Assembly (NCBI GenBank): GCA_043758815.1
Contig: JAYVMS010000015.1
Location: forward strand, 1 to 47,943
DNA from: a bacterium
GTDB lineage: Bacteria; Patescibacteriota; Minisyncoccia; Phycocordibacterales; UBA6899
DNA length: 47,943 nucleotides
Reading direction: 5' to 3'
Each line of letters opens with the position of its first letter. Position 1 is the first letter of the stretch. A program made the translations under genes and the position numbers. Shown here one piece after another: positions 42,704-47,943 of the stretch. The notes beneath the pieces were generated by a model, which saw only the letters and a list, made by a program, of their open reading frames with translations, searched no databases and was not told where the DNA came from.

Positions 42704-43835
42704 GATGTGTGGCGATACTCAAAAGCGCAGTTGCGATCTTTTCAGCAGCGTCAAATTTAGCAAAATCTTTCGTACCTTGGATCATTACTTGTTGGCGAGC
42801 TGGGTCATCTATAATAGACGAAACTACCGAAAAGAAGAGCTCGGGCTTAAGGTTCTGCTCTTCGATGACCGTTGCGGCACCAGTGCGTGCATAGCTATAT
42901 GCATTTTCACGCTGATGATCATCGCGGGCGATAGCAAGCGGTATGAGCACAGAGGGTTTCTCCCAAATAGATATCTCAAATATAGTCGAGCCTGCACGAG
43001 AGATAATGAGCGTTGCCCCCATTGCAGCTACGCGTAACTGCCTTAGCTCAAGAAAACCAAATGGCCTATAGCGAGAAGAATAAGCACTGCCTGCAAGTAC
43101 ACCTGCTGCACGTTTCTTCATCCAATCATAATTGCTATCACCGGTCTGATGCAGGACCTGATATTTTTCTAGAAGCCGCGGAAGGATGTCGATCAAGTTT
43201 TCGTTGATCTTTTCAGAACCTTGCGAGCCACCGAGGACCAAGATTACAGGAATTCCTGCTTCAAGCTGAAATACCTGAAAGGGGTCTTCTGTGGGAACTT
43301 CAAGAAGTGTTTTTCTAATTGGCTGCCCCGTAAGTGCTATGCGGTCCGCCTTTACACCATGGCTTTCAAAGAACTTGGTTGCTTCTGGAAAGGAGATGGC
43401 GATTTTGGTGGCATAAGGAGCGATATAACGATTTACTCGGCCTGGAATTATGTCTGACTCATGAATGACAACAGGAATACGGAGGAGCTTTGAAGCAAAC
43501 ATTGCGGGAAAGCTTGCGTACCCACCTTTTCCAAAGACAACGTCAGGATAGAGAAAGAATATTTTCCAAGTAGCGAGCACGCAGGCAAAAAGAGTCTTGA
43601 ATATATCAAGATAGTTCTGTATAGAAAAATAGGTTCGACGCTTGCCTGTTGATATCTGCATATAGGTAAGGCCTGTCTTAAAAAGCAAATCTTTATCTAT
43701 AGGACTATCGGACATATAAAAAAGCTGTACACCGATAAGGTGTTCCTTGTCGACAAGTTTATTGACCTCCTCTGCGACCGCGATTATGGGATAAAAATGT
43801 CCTCCAGTTCCCCCTCCTGCAAATAATATTTTCAT
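42696..43835 (-). CDS. murG: Undecaprenyldiphospho-muramoylpentapeptide beta-N-acetylglucosaminyltransferase MurG
   Basis: MKILFAGGGTGGHFYP and the GT28 layout. Confidence 0.9.
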   Translation of the reverse strand: MKILFAGGGTGGHFYPIIAVAEEVNKLVDKEHLIGVQLFYMSDSPIDKDLLFKTGLTYMQISTGKRRTYFSIQNYLDIFKTLFACVLATWKIFFLYPDVVFGKGGYASFPAMFASKLLRIPVVIHESDIIPGRVNRYIAPYATKIAISFPEATKFFESHGVKADRIALTGQPIRKTLLEVPTEDPFQVFQLEAGIPVILVLGGSQGSEKINENLIDILPRLLEKYQVLHQTGDSNYDWMKKRAAGVLAGSAYSSRYRPFGFLELRQLRVAAMGATLIISRAGSTIFEISIWEKPSVLIPLAIARDDHQRENAYSYARTGAATVIEEQNLKPELFFSVVSSIIDDPARQQVMIQGTKDFAKFDAAEKIATALLSIATHHE

Positions 43836-43847
43836 ATGTATATAAAT

Positions 43848-44939
43848 TTAAGTATGCCTATATCTTGAAATATTTAACAATATACCTACTTCTGCCATTG
43901 CGACAAGAAGCGCTGTTCCGCCCTGACTTACAAATATTAGCGGCACGCCCGTAAGTGGTGCTATCGCAAGCATTGAGCCTATATTGATAAATGACTGCGA
44001 TATGACCAGTATAACAAGCCCCACAGCCAAGAGTCCACCGAATTTATCTTGTGCATGTGCAGCGATCCATAAACCCCGCAAGCCAAATAGAAGATATAAA
44101 ATGACTATCGTACTGCAGCCGACAAAGCCTAACTCCTCCCCTGCTACTGCAAATATCGAGTCTCCTTGCGCTTCAGGAAGATAGCTGAATTTTTGTATGC
44201 TTTGCCCGAAACCTTTCCCCCAAATGCCGCCACTTCCAATTGCAATAAGCGACTGTCTCACCTGATATCCTGAGCCTTGAGCATCGTGATGGTGGATGAG
44301 TGTCATTATACGTTCACGTACATAAGGCTTCCACATCGCTACCCCTGCAAGAAAAACGATACTGAGCAGAAAAAGAATTGCGAGATCGCGCCAGCGCGCT
44401 CCTGCGGAAATATACATCGCAGCACCCGCCGAAACCGCTATAATAAATGTTCCCGTATCAGGCTGAGCAAGAAGGAGTCCACCTGCGATACCCATCATGC
44501 CCATGAGCGGATAGAAACCGAAGAGCGGAGACTGAATACGCTTTTGTACGAACGTGAACCATGTCGCAAGATAGACTATCATTCCAAACTTGAGGATCTC
44601 TCCTGGTTGAAATGTGGTAATGCCGAGGTCAACCCAACGGCGCGCACCACCATGTGACACACCAACATGCGGCACAAACACGAGTACCGAGAGCACGATC
44701 GAGCCAAGAAATATCCAGAACGCTTGCTTGCGCCAGAATTGGTATTTGAGTCGCGAAAAGCCATACATTGCTCCACTACCCAACACAAGACCGAATCCAA
44801 TCTGGCCAATGATGAGATTGATGAACTTTGACTGGTTGCTCGCAAGCGTTCCAAGTGATGCGGATATAAAAATAAGAAATCCTACAATTAGAAGCAAGAT
44901 TACAATGGTTAGAAATATTCTATCTACTCCTCGATGCAT
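43848..44939 (-). CDS. ftsW: FtsW/RodA/SpoVE-family (SEDS) cell-division protein
   Basis: Polytopic SEDS sequence. The start is set at MHRGVDRIF, because the listed GTG extension overlaps mraY. Confidence 0.85.
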   Translation of the reverse strand: MHRGVDRIFLTIVILLLIVGFLIFISASLGTLASNQSKFINLIIGQIGFGLVLGSGAMYGFSRLKYQFWRKQAFWIFLGSIVLSVLVFVPHVGVSHGGARRWVDLGITTFQPGEILKFGMIVYLATWFTFVQKRIQSPLFGFYPLMGMMGIAGGLLLAQPDTGTFIIAVSAGAAMYISAGARWRDLAILFLLSIVFLAGVAMWKPYVRERIMTLIHHHDAQGSGYQVRQSLIAIGSGGIWGKGFGQSIQKFSYLPEAQGDSIFAVAGEELGFVGCSTIVILYLLFGLRGLWIAAHAQDKFGGLLAVGLVILVISQSFINIGSMLAIAPLTGVPLIFVSQGGTALLVAMAEVGILLNISRYRHT

Positions 44940-45000
44940 TGAGACTATTATACTGCCAAATCGCAAAAATGGCTCTGTGGAAAGCTGAAAAACAGGCCAT

Positions 45001-46053
45001 TTATCCAACCAAAGCGACGATGACACCGACTACAGCGAGCATCATACCAAATACCCAGTAGCGCATAGTGACCTTGTACGCTGGCCAGCCAAGCGCCTGG
45101 AAATGATTGTGTAGGGGCGCGACGATGAAAAATTTCTTACCAAGATATTTCTTTGAATATATCTGGATAATACTTGATGCGCTCGTTGCGATGAGGAGAA
45201 AAGCAATCATAAAAAGTGGTATCACTGCTTTTGTAAGAAACGCGACAATTACAAGTGAAGTGGTAAGTGCCATTGTTCCTGTTTCAGAATTAAAAAAGCG
45301 TGCGGGTGGGATATTGAACCACAAGAATGCTAAAAGGCCGCCCACAACAACAGACGCATATGCGGCAAGATCTATCTGCCCGTGCGCAAATGCAATAATT
45401 GCGTAAGCAGAATAAATGATAGCGAAAACTCCTCCCGATAGTCCATCAACACCATCGATGATGCCTCCTGAGTAGATGCCGATGATAAACAAGATGAAGA
45501 TCGGCACGAACAATATTCCCAGATGCAGGTCTCCCCAAAATGGTATGTGAACATAGTCCATATCAAGCTTGGTGTAGAACCACCATGCTCCGAGTAATCC
45601 GAGCAAAAAAACAAAAATAAGCCTTGTTTTGAGGGAAAGTCCTCCACCCTTGTAAGTTCCTTGATCGCGACAAACTAGATAGTCATCCACTAGACCACAC
45701 AGTGCTCCTGCAATAAGTATGAAAAGTGGGAGCCAAGTTTGATTGCGAGAAAGAAAATTTAATTTACCGGTAGCAGCATTTGGAAAGAATGCTGACAACA
45801 GCCATAAGATGAGGACGGTTATCAGTACACTTCCCCAGACCACGATGCCTCCCATGCGTGGCGTCTTTCGTTCTTCATCATTGTGTAGTTTGCTTGAGAT
45901 TGTTGCTTCTTTTCCGTCGATAGTCTTTTTTACGCTCGAGGTCTTCCACATCCTGTGTTTATACAAAAATCCAGTCACAACAGGCGTAATGACTATTCCC
46001 ACCACAAAAGCGAGAGCTGAGGGAGCGAGGATCTTTATTGCATCGGTGATCAT
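45001..46053 (-). CDS. mraY: Phospho-N-acetylmuramoyl-pentapeptide transferase MraY
   Basis: Typical MraY blocks (TPRMGG, DDxxxL, NxxNxxDGxDGL-like, APxHHHFE-like APLHNHFQ). Confidence 0.9.
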   Translation of the reverse strand: MITDAIKILAPSALAFVVGIVITPVVTGFLYKHRMWKTSSVKKTIDGKEATISSKLHNDEERKTPRMGGIVVWGSVLITVLILWLLSAFFPNAATGKLNFLSRNQTWLPLFILIAGALCGLVDDYLVCRDQGTYKGGGLSLKTRLIFVFLLGLLGAWWFYTKLDMDYVHIPFWGDLHLGILFVPIFILFIIGIYSGGIIDGVDGLSGGVFAIIYSAYAIIAFAHGQIDLAAYASVVVGGLLAFLWFNIPPARFFNSETGTMALTTSLVIVAFLTKAVIPLFMIAFLLIATSASSIIQIYSKKYLGKKFFIVAPLHNHFQALGWPAYKVTMRYWVFGMMLAVVGVIVALVG

Positions 46054-46111
46054 AGATATAAAAAATAGAATTTAGAAAGAAAACAAATAAGACAGAATGA
46101 TAGAAGTGCAA

Positions 46112-47149
46112 TTAGGGTTGTGCCTTTGTGTCTGGTGAGTTATCCGCTTTTGTTATCTCACTCACGGTGGCATCAATTAATTGCGCTACGTCAGTGAACC
46201 TGCCCTCTATGGTTGAACCAAGTACTGCAATGACAACGGGGTGATCGACTCCTATATCAACTACGACAACGAGATTGCCTCCCGCAAGGTCTGTGTAGCC
46301 CGTCTTGGAGCCTATGAGCCCAGTAACTTGTGCGACGCCTTCATTAGTGTTCGCGACATGGTGCGTGACTTGACTGAGTGAGGTGAGATTTATTTTCTTA
46401 TATGTAGTTGATGTAAACAGTTCAGAATGTTTTTTGAAAATATACTGAAAAAGCATGGCCATGTCGCGCGTCGAGCCATACGCCCCACTCGTAACACTGT
46501 CGAGATCCAGCCCGCTTTCATTAGAAAAGTGCGTGTTCGTAAGCCCAATAGCCTCAGCTTTCTCGTTCATTTTTTCTATAAACAACTGCTTGTTCAAGAA
46601 TGGATCAGATGTACTAGCTTCACGAAGAAGCGTTGCTCCTGCAACACTAGCAATCGCGCTTGCTCCGTCGTTCGATGAGGCGACAAGCGTGAATTTCAAG
46701 AGATCCGCAAGTGACCATTTTTCCCCCGAAAACAAACCGCTGTCACCCTCAGTCTCTATGTCAATTGGGCTTATCGTTATCTTAGTGTTACTCGGCAAAA
46801 GTTCCACTGCGACAAGTGCCATCATCATCTTAGTTATGGACGCGAGTGGCAACTGTCTCTCTTCATTTTTGCCATAAAGTTTTTTGTGTGCGTTGATATC
46901 CCATACATACACACTCTTAGCCTCAAGTGAGAGCAGATCATATGGATTTTTGATCGCAGAGGTCGCGGGTTTTATCTCAGACATTTTAATATCAGAATCA
47001 CCGACCGCAACGACCTGTGACACATTTCGCGATGACGCAACGTCAGTACCTATACCCATCTTTGAAAGTGCGACTAACACCCGCGGACCCGTTAGAAATC
47101 CAATGGCAAGCATGAGAAGAAAGATCTGCACCTGACTTACTTTGGTCAT
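46112..47149 (-). CDS. Serine-type D-Ala-D-Ala carboxypeptidase (peptidase S11)
   Basis: SITKMM (SxxK), SSND (SxN) and KTGYT (KTG). Confidence 0.85.
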   Translation of the reverse strand: MTKVSQVQIFLLMLAIGFLTGPRVLVALSKMGIGTDVASSRNVSQVVAVGDSDIKMSEIKPATSAIKNPYDLLSLEAKSVYVWDINAHKKLYGKNEERQLPLASITKMMMALVAVELLPSNTKITISPIDIETEGDSGLFSGEKWSLADLLKFTLVASSNDGASAIASVAGATLLREASTSDPFLNKQLFIEKMNEKAEAIGLTNTHFSNESGLDLDSVTSGAYGSTRDMAMLFQYIFKKHSELFTSTTYKKINLTSLSQVTHHVANTNEGVAQVTGLIGSKTGYTDLAGGNLVVVVDIGVDHPVVIAVLGSTIEGRFTDVAQLIDATVSEITKADNSPDTKAQP

Positions 47150-47880
47150 AGTCCTATTTTGTTTTCTTCGCGATGCCCTTGTAATGCTTCATCATCAAAA
47201 TTTCCTCCGGCTTGATCTTCTTCGCTAATGTCTGCCTCGATTTCTTCTCCCTCACTTCTCAACTCTTCATCAGAAAGTAGAGTCATGGGAGTATCGCCCG
47301 GATTGATCTCGGCATCGACAGATTCTTCTTCGGACTCGCTCAGTTTTTCCTCTTCTTTCAGAGCCACAAATCCTGCTAACACGTTGAAAGTATCATGATA
47401 TGCCGGAAGTTCCTCGGTTTTAGTGACTCCCATATGCTCGAGCAGCTGAAATGTTGGCTTGTAGAGAAAACTTCTCTGATCGTTCGGGTTGTCTACTTTT
47501 TCTACCAGTCCACGAATAAGGAGGTTACGGAGAATAAACGTGGAGTTTACCCCACGAACATAATCAATCTCAGCACGCGTAATCGGGCCTTTGTAGAGAA
47601 CGATTGCAAGAGTCTCGAGTGACGCTTTTGAAAGATCCCTAGAAAGCTCTTCTTTGGTTATGGCCTCAATGAGCGCACTTGCATCAGGCGATGTGCCAAG
47701 CGTCACCTCTCCGCTATTTGTGAGCAAGCGGAGACCCGTCGCAGAAAGTTTATCTTCGAGAACTTTAATGGCTTCCAGCACCTCTGGCTCGCTACGCTTA
47801 AGGAGCGCCACCAAGCGTGACACCTTCATGGGCTCAGCCTGATAAAAGAGTATTGCTTCAATTGAATTCGCAAGTTCCAT
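47146..47880 (-). CDS. scpB: Segregation and condensation protein B (ScpB) with an acidic C-terminal tail
   Basis: Two winged-helix repeats (AILFYQAEPMKVSRL..., LYKGPITRAEIDYVRGV). ATGA overlap with the downstream gene. Confidence 0.85.
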   Translation of the reverse strand: MELANSIEAILFYQAEPMKVSRLVALLKRSEPEVLEAIKVLEDKLSATGLRLLTNSGEVTLGTSPDASALIEAITKEELSRDLSKASLETLAIVLYKGPITRAEIDYVRGVNSTFILRNLLIRGLVEKVDNPNDQRSFLYKPTFQLLEHMGVTKTEELPAYHDTFNVLAGFVALKEEEKLSESEEESVDAEINPGDTPMTLLSDEELRSEGEEIEADISEEDQAGGNFDDEALQGHREENKIGL

Positions 47881-47943
47881 ATTGAGGGTATCTTAACGCA
47901 TATAACATTACTTTAAAAGGGTCCTATGGTTATTTATAGTCTC

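Overview
This 47.9-kb window comes from a compact, gene-dense bacterial chromosome that uses the standard genetic code: TGA, TAA and TAG all terminate clear genes. The gene content and tight packing look like a small-genome (possibly Patescibacteria/CPR-like) bacterium, but that placement is inference only.

Housekeeping genes make up most of the window:
- Replication, repair and segregation: recR, dnaB, parB, scpB.
- Translation and tRNA modification: rplU (truncated by the window edge), rplI, rpmA, cysS, gltX, miaA.
- Cell envelope: murG-ftsW-mraY, a DD-carboxypeptidase, an M23 peptidase and a C-terminal processing protease.
- Other: a Rel/SpoT enzyme, a peroxiredoxin, a CorA-like channel and a marR-adaptor-RND efflux operon.

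Three accessory zones stand out:
1. A tRNA-Leu(CAA) locus at about 9.2-12.4 kb.
   - It has an 81-bp perfect duplication of the promoter plus the tRNA 5' part.
   - Copies of the tRNA 3' end lie downstream in both orientations.
   - An A+T-rich (judged by eye) four-gene cassette led by an XRE-type regulator follows, all of unknown function. Its last gene is split by a 740-bp Y1 (IS200/RayT-like) transposase element with perfect 21-bp inverted ends.
2. A tRNA-Pro(GGG) locus at about 28.3-28.7 kb, surrounded by three fragments of the same tRNA and sitting directly upstream of a 2H phosphoesterase (LigT/ThpR-like) gene.
3. An ~8.85-kb virus-like element at 29835-38687.
   - It is bounded by a 17-bp direct repeat whose left copy sits in a 29-bp palindromic recombinase-type core site.
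   - It encodes an AbrB-like regulator, a ParB-like nuclease-domain protein, an endolysin, a holin-like protein, a frameshifted fibre-like protein, a large SH3b-tipped membrane-spanning protein and a putative capsid protein.
   - I could not recognise an integrase, terminase, portal or replication initiator.
   - To its right lie an A+T-rich HEAR-domain endonuclease-like gene and a decayed nucleoside 2-deoxyribosyltransferase-like pseudogene.

No CRISPR array and no rRNA gene were seen. All functional calls rest on motifs I recognised by eye in the supplied translations. No searches or computations were run, so family assignments without hallmark motifs are tentative.
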